In this document: positions 9,864 to 19,171 of the stretch, in pieces
Layout of the letters: every line of letters begins with the position of its first letter
Numbering within the stretch: the first letter of the stretch is position 1
Source: an uncultured bacterium
GTDB taxonomy: Bacteria; Patescibacteriota; Minisyncoccia; Phycocordibacterales; PALSA-1337
Assembly: GCA_963848635.1 (NCBI GenBank)
Contig: CAWKEA010000005.1
Span: forward strand, 15,275 to 79,274
DNA length: 64,000 nucleotides
Reading direction: 5' to 3'
The notes under the pieces: generated by a model
Databases searched by the model: none
Told to the model about the DNA's origin: nothing
Seen by the model: only the letters and a program-made list of their open reading frames with translations
Translations under genes and position numbers: made by a program

Positions 9864-10994
9864 ATGCAGAGCGCTCGTCATGATTATTACCGATCGATGA
9901 CGCGCGCAAATTGCACTATGTTAAAAAATCTCATCAAAAAAATAAAATGTCCCAGACTCTCCATGAAGGAACAAGCGCTTTTTGCCGATCGGCTTGCTCT
10001 CCTCCTCGGCGTATCGATGTCATTGCCAGAATCAATAGCGGCATTGCGGCATACTTTTGGCGCGCGGCGAGAATTATCTTTGATTGACCTTCAGCATCGC
10101 CTTACCGACGGCTCGAGCTTTGAATCAGCCCTCCATGCTTCTCGTCTTGGCTTTTCCCGCATGATCATCCTGGCCGCACGAATCGGTGAACGGAGTGGCA
10201 CCCTTTCTGATTCGCTTCATGCGGCCGCCGGACGGATCGAGCGCGGCCGTGGCGTCAAAAGCGCCTTGATCTCGACGCTGACATACCCAATCATCATTTT
10301 TATTGTCTCATCTGCCGTCATTGCTTTTCTTGTCTTCTTCATAATGCCGAGGATTATGCCGACCATCCAAAGCCTTCATGTGCCGTTGCCGGCTGTCACT
10401 GTATTTTTCATATCGATATCGCATTTTCTCGCCAGCGAATGGTGGAAAATCGCTCTAGAAGCCATTTTGGCCGCGTATCTTATTTTTTTCTTTTACAAGA
10501 AATCTGTCTCATCCAGGAATTTTATCCAGAGATGCATCTTATGGATCCCGATCGTCTCAAAGGCCATCCGTGCCCACACGCTCTCTGAAATATTCGATAC
10601 GATTTCGACGCTTGTTTCAGCAGGCTGTCCTTTCATTGAAGCCGCGGCTGAAACTGGTCATTCCATCAGCCTTATCCCGTACCAAAAGGCCTTGTCGGAT
10701 GCCGTCGCTCATATGCAAAGCGGATCTGGATTTTCATCCATGCTGAGGCGTCGTGCACGCCTATTTCCTTCTCTTGCAGTCGATAGCATCGCTATCGGTG
10801 AACAGACAGGGAACATGGAGATCGTCTTGCCGCAGATAAGCGATCACTATAGCCGCGAGTTGCAGTCTGCGTTGGCTGGTTTTTCAAGGCTGATCGAGCC
10901 CGCCCTCATGATCGCCGTCGGAATCATCGTCGGCGCCGCGGCCTTATCGATCGTCCTGCCAATATATGAGATTTCACAGCATCTGTCTGGATAA
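9864..10994 (+). CDS. pilC: type IV pilus platform protein (PilC/GspF family)
   Basis: Two GspF-like repeats with three TM segments, directly downstream of pilB. The start is taken at the ATG at 9864, just after the pilB stop. Confidence 0.8.
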   Translation: MQSARHDYYRSMTRANCTMLKNLIKKIKCPRLSMKEQALFADRLALLLGVSMSLPESIAALRHTFGARRELSLIDLQHRLTDGSSFESALHASRLGFSRMIILAARIGERSGTLSDSLHAAAGRIERGRGVKSALISTLTYPIIIFIVSSAVIAFLVFFIMPRIMPTIQSLHVPLPAVTVFFISISHFLASEWWKIALEAILAAYLIFFFYKKSVSSRNFIQRCILWIPIVSKAIRAHTLSEIFDTISTLVSAGCPFIEAAAETGHSISLIPYQKALSDAVAHMQSGSGFSSMLRRRARLFPSLAVDSIAIGEQTGNMEIVLPQISDHYSRELQSALAGFSRLIEPALMIAVGIIVGAAALSIVLPIYEISQHLSG

Positions 10995-10999
10995 CAGCA

Positions 11000-12334
11000 A
11001 TGTCGAAATATGCACCATTATCAGGTTTTCTTGTTCTAGAAGCGATGATCGCGCTCGCCTTGTTTTCTATATGCGTCAGTTCGACGATAGTCCTGTCATG
11101 GAGCTCGCACAGGATGTTCGATGAGGCATATGAAAGACAGGCGCTTCTAAGCTCGCTCTCGTCAGTGATAGCAGACCCATCACGCATTGATCCTGAATCT
11201 GTTCGTTACACATACGGAAACGACGCGACAATCACGACGATCTCTTCTTCTACAGATCAGATCGCTGTCGGAAGCACCTCCATCTCATTTTCCATCCTCG
11301 AGCCTGACACTTTTTCCGCATACGGCAAAGACACATGTCCGCCCACCCTCGATTTTTTGAACCAGATATCATTGCCGATAACTGTTCCTCTTCCGATATC
11401 GCCAGCAAATCTCATCACAGGCTTGTCCGTAAAAGACGGTTTTGCCTATATATCGACTAACTCAAAAAACGCCACTGACCCTGATCTATTCATCATCGAT
11501 GTACGCGACCTGGAGAGCCCAAAGATCGTCTCGTCATTGGACACCGGTCCAGGTCTCAATGCTCTTGCTGTCGCCGGACCATATGTATTCGGGGCAAATG
11601 AGAGTTCGACTGACCAGCTCCAGGTCATTGATATCCATGATCGTTCTCACCCTATGCTCGTGGCTCAGGCAAAAGTGCCGCTCGATATCTCTTCGTCCTC
11701 CGCGCCCTATGGCTCAGCTGTCTTCTATGACAAAGGCTTCATCTACCTCGGCACCGAGAAAGGCGACAGCCCAGAATTCACGATATGGAACGTCGCCGAT
11801 CCTATCCATCCGACCCTGGCAGGCAGATATGAGATAGGGAACAAGGTCGAAAAAATAGCCGTCCAAGGCACCCGCGCATATGTTGGTGGTACGGGTTCCA
11901 ATCAGCTCATTTTTTTCGATATTTCCAACCCGACGAATCCTTCGCTCGTCGACATTGCGGCGTTGCCGGGCTTTCAGACCCAGAGCGCCGAGGCGCTCGA
12001 CGTGTTCGAAGGTGATACAGCGCTCGGCCGCGACACAGGCGGCTTCGACAATAAGGCTAATCCAGAGTTCATCCTCTTTGATACGAATATGATGGAAAAA
12101 AGCTCATTCGATGAACCCGGCGGTATCTACGGCATCATCGCACGACCGCCATATTTTATCGTCTTGACTCGCCGCTCATCAGATCAATTGCGCTTTGACA
12201 GCGAAAATGGCACGACCAGCGACGCGTACGACATTCCCGGTTCTCCTGTCGCATTATCGTGCGATTGGGGAAACATATATATTGCATCGAACAACCAACC
12301 GACTATCTCTTTGATCAAAGATCTCCATGATTAA
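11000..12334 (+). CDS. prepilin-like protein with a large beta-propeller-like (LVIVD-type repeat) domain
   Basis: N-terminus LSG/FLVLEAMIALALF is a class III (type IV prepilin) signal with Gly at -1 and Glu at +5, followed by a hydrophobic helix. The C-terminal 400 aa contain repeated ..AV.G.YV.G.....L.V.D.. blocks reminiscent of LVIVD propeller repeats. Confidence 0.55.
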   Translation: MSKYAPLSGFLVLEAMIALALFSICVSSTIVLSWSSHRMFDEAYERQALLSSLSSVIADPSRIDPESVRYTYGNDATITTISSSTDQIAVGSTSISFSILEPDTFSAYGKDTCPPTLDFLNQISLPITVPLPISPANLITGLSVKDGFAYISTNSKNATDPDLFIIDVRDLESPKIVSSLDTGPGLNALAVAGPYVFGANESSTDQLQVIDIHDRSHPMLVAQAKVPLDISSSSAPYGSAVFYDKGFIYLGTEKGDSPEFTIWNVADPIHPTLAGRYEIGNKVEKIAVQGTRAYVGGTGSNQLIFFDISNPTNPSLVDIAALPGFQTQSAEALDVFEGDTALGRDTGGFDNKANPEFILFDTNMMEKSSFDEPGGIYGIIARPPYFIVLTRRSSDQLRFDSENGTTSDAYDIPGSPVALSCDWGNIYIASNNQPTISLIKDLHD

Positions 12335-12341
12335 AATCCAC

Positions 12342-12530
12342 ATGAACATAAACAGGCGACAAAAATATGTCTGGACATCTGACAGTTCAGGGTTCACCTT
12401 GGTCGAGGTGATCGTCTATATAGCGATCTTCAGCATGATAGCTGTCACCTTGATTTCGCTTGCATATATTTCGTCCGTGGAAGACCACAAAACGATCCAA
12501 GCTGTGATAAATGCGTATGAAAATATTTGA
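12342..12530 (+). CDS. small type IV pilin / pseudopilin
   Basis: DSSG/FTLVEVIVYIAIFSMI is a textbook prepilin cleavage motif (G, F+1, E+5) followed by the N-terminal helix. Confidence 0.55.
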   Translation: MNINRRQKYVWTSDSSGFTLVEVIVYIAIFSMIAVTLISLAYISSVEDHKTIQAVINAYENI

Positions 12531-12927
12531 TTGGAACACACAAAAAAATAAGACCCGGCAAACTCATATTCGAGGCTTCATGGCCGTCATCCTGGTCATA
12601 TCTTTCATGCTTGTGACAATGCTTGCTTCTCTCGGCGCTTTTGCTGTGGCAGAAAGCTATGATGACTCTGTGTCGCGCCGCGAACATAGGATGAGGGCTG
12701 GGATCGATGCGAGTTCGTGCGTCTCAGTTGCCCTGCTGGCCTTCGCCCATGATTATTTCTATACAGCAAAGAATCAAGCCGTGACTTATTTTTCCTGCAG
12801 TATAGTCTCCGCCGTCAGAAGCGGATCGGTGATATCGATTGCCGCCTCAGGCTATGATGGCGGCATCACTGAATCGATTTCAGCTAGAGCAGAAGATAAC
12901 GGCAGGTCCATCACTACGGACGAATAA
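12511..12927 (+). CDS. putative minor pilin-like protein
   Basis: IRG/FMAVILVISFMLV resembles a degenerate prepilin N-terminus with no Glu at +5. It is the last gene of the pilus cluster. Confidence 0.35.
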   Translation: MRMKIFDWNTQKNKTRQTHIRGFMAVILVISFMLVTMLASLGAFAVAESYDDSVSRREHRMRAGIDASSCVSVALLAFAHDYFYTAKNQAVTYFSCSIVSAVRSGSVISIAASGYDGGITESISARAEDNGRSITTDE

Positions 12928-12959
12928 TGGCTCCCTGATCGAGAGGTATGATCGGCGAT

Positions 12960-13656
12960 TCAATCCATCACATTCCACCAGCCGGATATATGTCCACGGC
13001 CAACGATGCGAACCACAGCCTCCAAATCGTCGGTTATCGTAAAAAGACCCATGTCTTCTTCGCTTATCGTATGATGGTGCTCAAGCATCTTGGCCTTCAT
13101 CAGATCCCGCAAAGGCTCCCAGAAAATCCTTGCCGACGAGAATGATCGGCACACGGGGTATCTTTTCTGTTTGGGTGAGATTGAGGATATTGAACAGCTC
13201 GTCCGAGGTGCCGTAACCGCCGGGAAAAAAGACAAATGCCTCGGCCGAGAACGTCAACATGGCTTTTCTGATGAAAAAATAATTGAATTTGTAGCTCTCT
13301 TGCACGTATTTGTTCGTGACCTGGCCTCGAGGAAAATTTATAGTCAACCCCAACGTCGTGCCTCCTGCTTCGGACGCCCCTTTCGACGCCGCCTCCATGA
13401 TGCCGGGCCCTCCGCCGGTCACGATAGTATAGCCCAGCTCTCTGACTATTTTTGCCGCAAGCTTTTCAGCCTGCTGAAAATGGAAGCTGTCTGGCTTTGA
13501 CCTGGCCGAGCCGAATACGACCACCGATCTTTGATATTTTTTCAGGATCTCAAAGCCTGCCTTGAACTCCTTGCCGATTTCACGGATATGGTCGTATATG
13601 TTCTTGTTGATCTCATCCGGCGATAGCTGGCCGGGATATTTTGCCTCTGGTTTCAT
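12960..13656 (-). CDS. LOG-family protein (cytokinin riboside 5'-monophosphate phosphoribohydrolase-like); frameshifted near 13120-13127
   Basis: The TIVTGGGPGIMEAA and PGGYGTSDEL motifs are in the 13081-13656 ORF. The conserved C-terminus (FWEPLRDLMKAKMLEHHHTISEEDMGLF..) continues in a different frame, in ORF 12960-13235. A 1-bp indel in a T/A run at about 13123 links them. Confidence 0.6.
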
Positions 13657-13746
13657 AGTGCAAGTATAGACGAGAATGACAAAAAATAAAAGGCAAAAGC
13701 GGCTTTTCGATTTCTGTCTTTTATCATTCTGGTGTATCATCCTCTC

Positions 13747-15021
13747 ATGCCGTTCTCATTCCGCATAGAAAATAAATTGAAGGGGACTCGCGCTCGCGCC
13801 GGTCTCATCCGGACGCCGCATGGCGACATCAAAACGCCAGCCTTTATCGCCGTTGGCACCAAGGCTACGGTCAAGGCTCTGACGCCGGATACGCTTGAAT
13901 CTATCGGCGTAGAAGCCGTGTTGGCGAATACGTATCATCTCTACCTAGAGCCAGGCCAGGAGATATTGAAAGCCGCGGGTGGTTTTGCGCCATTCATGAA
14001 CTGGAAAGGTCCGACCATGACTGATTCCGGCGGTTTTCAAGTCTTTTCGCTCGGCGCCGCCTATGAAAAAGGAAAGTCAAAAGTCGGGAACACCAAAACT
14101 GCTTTCGATACTGCAGTTTTCTCTGGCCGTGCAGAACACGTTTCGGAGGATACAATCCGTCCCGATAGGGTCGTTCATTGCTCGCCAGTTCCCGATGATT
14201 CAATTCTATCTCCTCATTCCTCCCTGGCAAAAATTGACGAGAACGGCGTCGCCTTCACATCCGTCATCGATGGCAGTCCTCATTACTTTACCCCTGAAAA
14301 ATCTATACAGATCCAGCACGATCTCGGCGCCGACATCATCGTAGCTTTTGACGAGTGCACTGCAGTAGACGAGCCTTTTGAATATCAAAAAGAGGCCATG
14401 GAACGAACGCATCGCTGGGCCGCTAGGAGCCTAGCCGAGCATAAAAGGCTCGGCGGCGAACAGGCGCTCTCTGGCGTCGTCCAAGGCGGCCGTTTCGAAG
14501 ATCTGCGCAAGCAAAGCGCGCGAGCGATCTCCTCGATGGATTTCGATGGCTTTTGCATCGGCGGCTCATTCGACAAAGACGATATATACAAGGCTGTCGA
14601 ATGGGTCACTGACATCTTGCCGGAGGAAAAGCCGCGGCATCTTCTCGGCATGGGCGAGATCATCGACCTCTTCGAGGGCATCGAGCGCGGCATTGATACA
14701 TTTGATTGCGTCTCTCCGACGCGCCTTGCTAGGAATGGCGCATTATATACTCGCCACGGCCGTATCAATATCTTGAACGCTCAATATGTCCGAGATCTTT
14801 CACCGATAGATTCCGAGTGCGGCTGTCCCGCTTGTAAAAATTATTCTCGCGCTTACATCGCGCACCTTTTCAGGGCAAGGGAAATACTCGCCTCCGTTTT
14901 AGCCAGCCAGCACAACCTTTATTTTATCGTCAATCTGGTCAAGGAGATGAGAGACAGTATACTCGATGGGACTTTTTTGTCTTTCAAGGAAGAATATTTG
15001 AAGAGATATCATGCAAACTAA
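13747..15021 (+). CDS. tgt: queuine tRNA-ribosyltransferase
   Basis: DSGGFQ motif, a zinc-site CGCPACKNYSRAYIAHL and overall TGT architecture. It carries an insertion of about 50 aa. Confidence 0.85.
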   Translation: MPFSFRIENKLKGTRARAGLIRTPHGDIKTPAFIAVGTKATVKALTPDTLESIGVEAVLANTYHLYLEPGQEILKAAGGFAPFMNWKGPTMTDSGGFQVFSLGAAYEKGKSKVGNTKTAFDTAVFSGRAEHVSEDTIRPDRVVHCSPVPDDSILSPHSSLAKIDENGVAFTSVIDGSPHYFTPEKSIQIQHDLGADIIVAFDECTAVDEPFEYQKEAMERTHRWAARSLAEHKRLGGEQALSGVVQGGRFEDLRKQSARAISSMDFDGFCIGGSFDKDDIYKAVEWVTDILPEEKPRHLLGMGEIIDLFEGIERGIDTFDCVSPTRLARNGALYTRHGRINILNAQYVRDLSPIDSECGCPACKNYSRAYIAHLFRAREILASVLASQHNLYFIVNLVKEMRDSILDGTFLSFKEEYLKRYHAN

Positions 15022-15052
15022 CATCTTCTGCTTTATTTTTTTGGATAGGCCT

Positions 15053-15904
15053 CTATTTTATCGCAATACCATATGCCGGCGCTTCCTCCGCGTATAGCTC
15101 TTTGACTGTTCCCATGCTGATATATTGGTTGTATATGCGGACTTGGTCTATCGAACCAGTGAAATTCTCTCCTGTGCCGTCAGATCTTTGGCCAATGTAG
15201 CCAGCATAGGTGTTATTAGTTGAAATGCCAAAGCTCGATGGCGATGTGTAGGCGTTTGGAACTATTTTTCCATTCACATAGAATGTACCGGCATCGGTCG
15301 CTCCGTTTTTTGTATAGACTATCTGGGTCCATGTGTTGACAGGCACATAACCGCCCCCTGTACAAGCAACGTACACACCAGGCTTGTATACCTCGATGCT
15401 TCCGTATGCATAGCAACTGACGGAAGACGAGTTGATTCCAAAGGTAAATTCTCTGCTTATATTTTGGATCGAAAAGATAGTTTGGCGGTCGTATGCTGGA
15501 TCAGTGGTCTTTACCCATGCCGAGATAGTGAATACATCGCTATTTTGTCCAATAGTATTGAGTGAATTAGGTACGTTAATAATCGCGTACCCATTTACTC
15601 CGTTGAATGCAAGCGCGCTTCCTGAGACACCCGGCGTCCATGTCGCTCCTGACGCAGATAACACTGCGTTGTTATTGTTCCCTGATGTGTCATATGCTGT
15701 CGTGCCGCTATTTTCATCAAAATTCCACAGAGCTACCGCATTGGCGCCAAGAGAATGGTAGACAGCAGTATCAAACTCCAGAGAGGCGGCAGTCATTCCT
15801 TTTGTCCGCGCGTTACTGAGTGCCGCGAGAATAATGCTCGACAAAAGACCTATTATTGAGATGACGACGAGAAGCTCGATGAGGGTAAAGCCGCGCGATT
15901 TCAT
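15053..15904 (-). CDS. type IV pilin with C-terminal LamG/concanavalin-like lectin domain
   Basis: N-terminus MKSRG/FTLIELLVVISIIGLLSSIILAAL is a canonical prepilin. The C-terminal 250 aa are rich in G/T/S beta-strand sequence with the LamG-like pattern (WNFDENSG.., TISAWVKT). Confidence 0.7.
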   Translation of the reverse strand: MKSRGFTLIELLVVISIIGLLSSIILAALSNARTKGMTAASLEFDTAVYHSLGANAVALWNFDENSGTTAYDTSGNNNNAVLSASGATWTPGVSGSALAFNGVNGYAIINVPNSLNTIGQNSDVFTISAWVKTTDPAYDRQTIFSIQNISREFTFGINSSSVSCYAYGSIEVYKPGVYVACTGGGYVPVNTWTQIVYTKNGATDAGTFYVNGKIVPNAYTSPSSFGISTNNTYAGYIGQRSDGTGENFTGSIDQVRIYNQYISMGTVKELYAEEAPAYGIAIK

Positions 15905-15911
15905 AGTTTTT

Positions 15912-16919
15912 TTATAGTTCTTTCGGTCTATAATCAACCGGTGCTTTCTTTAGCCAATCTTCCAGCTCTTGGCGAGATAGAAGGCCTTCTTGGGCGCCGA
16001 TATATTGCACGACCGAAGCAGAATTAATGGGAGCCCAGGCAAGAGCCTCGAGCGACGTTTTTCCGAGAGCGAGCGCGGCGACGAAAGTTGAAGAAAATGC
16101 GTCTCCCGCACCAGTGCGCTCATAAGGCGGTTTCGGATCGGGGTAGAGCGGCATGAGATATAACTTGCCCTGGTCGAAAAGATATGCACCATTTGGTCCA
16201 TCGGTGAGAAGCACTATTTTGGGACCGAGAGCCGCAAGCCGCTCGCACAGGTTTTTTATGTCACGACTGCCTTCTGACGCGCCGAGTATCCTCTGTGCCT
16301 CCTCGACATTCACTGCAAAGACCTCCGTACGCGCATAGATCCTTTTTAATTTTTCTATGCCAAGCTCCATCTGAAACGTTCCGGGCTGAAAAGCGAGCTT
16401 GACATCGCTATTTCTTTCAAGATACTTCGCGATTTCGTCATGAAAGGGTGCAGAGGATACCCCCATCGATGACAGATAGAGCCATTTCGGCGCGGAAAAT
16501 TTCGGCAGAGAATAATCGAAATCTTCATGTTTGACAAGGATCGTCCGTTCGGCTCCATACCAAAGGACGTAATGGTAGTTGGTTTTTTTGCCTTTTTGCT
16601 CGGCTATAAAATCCGTCGAGACTTCGTTCGATCGAAGGGTGCGCTCGCATTCCTTGCCGCGTTCGTCTTTGCCGACGTTCGTCACAAGCGCCGCCGGAAG
16701 CCCGAGCCGAGCCGCCGCCACAGCGGCATTTGCCGCGTTGCCGACGCCTGCGATGACTGTATCGAATTCAAATGGGATCTTGTCGCCGAATTTCATGCAT
16801 ATCTCGCAGTCCTTGTCGTCAAGCCTGCAATTGACGTGAGCATCTTTTAATTTGACGAACGCGTCGATGACGACATCGCCTATAGCGATAAAATCGCTTT
16901 TTTTCTTGAAAATAGACAT
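15912..16919 (-). CDS. PfkB-family carbohydrate/nucleoside kinase
   Basis: N-terminal GDVVID and a C-terminal GAGDAF anion-hole motif typical of ribokinase-like kinases. Confidence 0.8.
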   Translation of the reverse strand: MSIFKKKSDFIAIGDVVIDAFVKLKDAHVNCRLDDKDCEICMKFGDKIPFEFDTVIAGVGNAANAAVAAARLGLPAALVTNVGKDERGKECERTLRSNEVSTDFIAEQKGKKTNYHYVLWYGAERTILVKHEDFDYSLPKFSAPKWLYLSSMGVSSAPFHDEIAKYLERNSDVKLAFQPGTFQMELGIEKLKRIYARTEVFAVNVEEAQRILGASEGSRDIKNLCERLAALGPKIVLLTDGPNGAYLFDQGKLYLMPLYPDPKPPYERTGAGDAFSSTFVAALALGKTSLEALAWAPINSASVVQYIGAQEGLLSRQELEDWLKKAPVDYRPKEL

Positions 16920-17011
16920 GCCGTAATTATAGCAAACAATTGCAAAAAATCCTGGGGATATTGTCCTTTTTTCATATTCAGATATGGGAAACAGTATGAT
17001 ACAATGAAATC

Positions 17012-17905
17012 ATGAAATCGCTCAAAGAACACATCCTCGAAACCCGCACGAACGGCGTCGCTGTCGGCCACTTCAATATCTCGACCATTGACGGCATCTG
17101 GGCGGTAGCAGATGCGGCAAAGGAGCTTGATGTCCCCGTCATCATCGGCGTCTCGGAGGGCGAACGCGATTATATAGGTGTTAGACAGGCTGTAGCTGTC
17201 GTTAAATCGATCAGGGAGGATCGTAGCCAGCCAATATTTATAAATGCAGACCATACGTATAGCTATGAAAAGATAGTCGAGGCCGTCGATGCTGGATTCG
17301 ACGCGGTTATCTTTGATGCGGCAAAGCTACCGTTTGAGGAGAATGTGGCCGCGACAGTGAAATGCCTTGCCTATGCCAAGAAAAAGAATCCGAGCATCGT
17401 ATTTGAGGCCGAACTCGGCTATATCGGCCAGTCATCTCAGGTGTTAACGGCTGTTCCGGCCGGTGTGCAGTTGACGCTTCCTGACGAGGCAAGGCGTTTT
17501 GTCGAGTTGACCGGCATCGATATGCTCGCTCCGGCCGTCGGTAATTTTCACGGGCTCCTCGAAGCTGGCATGTCAGCGACGCTGGCGGCGAAAAAGATCG
17601 ACCCAAAGCGCATCAAGGAGATCAGCGAGGCCACAGGCCTTCCGCTTGTCCTCCATGGAGGCTCCGGTCAGGGTGACGATCTCGTCCAAAAGGCGATCAA
17701 AGCCGGCATCAATATTGTCCATGTCAATACCGAGCTTCGGGTCGCTTATCGGACAGGTTTGATGAAGTCGCTGTCAGAAAATCCAGACGAGGTCGCCCCT
17801 TACAAATACATGAAACCGGCCAAATTGGCCATGCAAGCTGTTATTATGCAAAAACTCAAGGTTTTCAACATGATCTCGTTGCCACCAACAAGCAAAATGC
17901 TATAA
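17012..17905 (+). CDS. fba: class II fructose/tagatose-bisphosphate aldolase
   Basis: Overall similarity to class II FBA: GHFNISTIDGI.., LHGGSGQ, and a metal-binding His/Asp pattern. Confidence 0.75.
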   Translation: MKSLKEHILETRTNGVAVGHFNISTIDGIWAVADAAKELDVPVIIGVSEGERDYIGVRQAVAVVKSIREDRSQPIFINADHTYSYEKIVEAVDAGFDAVIFDAAKLPFEENVAATVKCLAYAKKKNPSIVFEAELGYIGQSSQVLTAVPAGVQLTLPDEARRFVELTGIDMLAPAVGNFHGLLEAGMSATLAAKKIDPKRIKEISEATGLPLVLHGGSGQGDDLVQKAIKAGINIVHVNTELRVAYRTGLMKSLSENPDEVAPYKYMKPAKLAMQAVIMQKLKVFNMISLPPTSKML

Positions 17906-17912
17906 TGCCGTC

Positions 17913-18140
17913 ATGTCTGACGAAGTCCAATTTGATACTGATGTGCAGAACAGTTCCATGTACCGGCCATCGCCGACAGCAGGGTTCGGACAAGTTGCAG
18001 TCGGTGAGGCCTCGGGCATGGCGGGTTGGCTCATACGGCATGGCTTTGCGAAAACTCCCGCGGCCGCGCAAGGCATCATGGCCGCTATCGTCGTCGTAAA
18101 CATCGTTGCAATATTTATCATAATAAAATATTTTCTATGA
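17913..18140 (+). CDS. hypothetical small membrane protein
   Basis: A 75-aa ORF with a C-terminal TM helix. No family recognised. Confidence 0.3.
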   Translation: MSDEVQFDTDVQNSSMYRPSPTAGFGQVAVGEASGMAGWLIRHGFAKTPAAAQGIMAAIVVVNIVAIFIIIKYFL

Positions 18141-18241
18141 AGACACCTCAGGCAAAATTGCCCTTATCCATCTACATCGTCCTCATTTTGGCTTTCGTGG
18201 GAAATGTCGTCGCAACGTATCTGATCATAAGATTCTTATAA
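18137..18241 (+). CDS. hypothetical very small membrane protein
   Basis: A 34-aa internal-Met ORF (MKTPQAKLPLSIYIVLILAFVGNVVATYLIIRFL) with a single TM helix. Confidence 0.2.
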   Translation: MKTPQAKLPLSIYIVLILAFVGNVVATYLIIRFL

Positions 18242-18348
18242 GATCCCGCGCTACGCGATAAAGGTAACCTACAAATTGTCCGCTCTATATTTTCAAGATA
18301 GTGCACGGATATTTGCATTTTCCGGGCTATGAGTGTAATATACCAACC

Positions 18349-19050
18349 ATGTTGTCATTAATCGTCGAACGCCGTCAGATCGGCAAAGCTGGCGTCAAAA
18401 ATGAAAGTCTCCGAAAGACGGGCAAAATTCCGGCTGTCTTTTACGGTCCAAAGGAAAAATCGACCTCAGTAGCCGTTTCTTTGGCTGAGTTCAAAAAAAT
18501 CTGGAGAAACGCGGGCGAATCGTCGGTCGTCGTCCTCAAAGACGGCACAAGCGAGCACGAGGCTCTCATTCATGATGTCGACATCCATCCTGTCACGGGA
18601 ATCCCTCGTCATGCCGATTTTTATGTCATTGAAAAAGGCAAGAAAGTCAAAGTCCGCACTCCTATCGTATTTGAAGGCTTTTCTCCTGCCGTAAAAGACA
18701 AAGGCGGCATTTTGGTCAAAGTTTTGCGCGATATCGAGATCGAAGCAGCGCCAAAAGACCTCCCTCATGAGATAAAAGTAGACATTTCGTCTCTCGTCGA
18801 GCTGAATAGCGCTATCCATGCATCGGACATACAGTTGCCTCACGGCGTCACCCTCGTCACCAAGGCCGAAGAGATCGTGGCTTCCATAGCTGAAGCAAAA
18901 GAAGAAGTCGAGGAAGCGCCTCAGGCAATCGACATGTCGACCATCGAAGTCGCCACAAAGGGCAAGGAGGTCAAGGAAGGCGAGGCTGGCGCGGTTGCAA
19001 ATGAAAAGGAGGGCACAAAAGGCGCTCCCGCAAAAGAAGATAAAAAATAG
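18349..19050 (+). CDS. rplY: 50S ribosomal protein L25 / general stress protein Ctc
   Basis: The N-terminal L25 domain (RQIGKAGVK..LRK.GKIPAVFYG) is followed by a Ctc-type extension ending in a Lys/Glu-rich tail. Confidence 0.8.
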   Translation: MLSLIVERRQIGKAGVKNESLRKTGKIPAVFYGPKEKSTSVAVSLAEFKKIWRNAGESSVVVLKDGTSEHEALIHDVDIHPVTGIPRHADFYVIEKGKKVKVRTPIVFEGFSPAVKDKGGILVKVLRDIEIEAAPKDLPHEIKVDISSLVELNSAIHASDIQLPHGVTLVTKAEEIVASIAEAKEEVEEAPQAIDMSTIEVATKGKEVKEGEAGAVANEKEGTKGAPAKEDKK

Positions 19051-19075
19051 ACAGGGAGCGGCAAGACAAGAAATT

Positions 19076-19103
19076 AGACGTCCCAAAATCGGGCGTTTTT
19101 TTG
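19076..19103 (+). terminator. putative rho-independent terminator after rplY
   Basis: Hairpin gacgtccc-aaaatc-gggcgt followed by ttttttt. Confidence 0.4.
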
Positions 19104-19171
19104 ATCGATGCATCTTTTAAAGCTCCTCGAGCTTTTCGGCGCCCATCTCTTGAGATTTTACGTGATATAAT

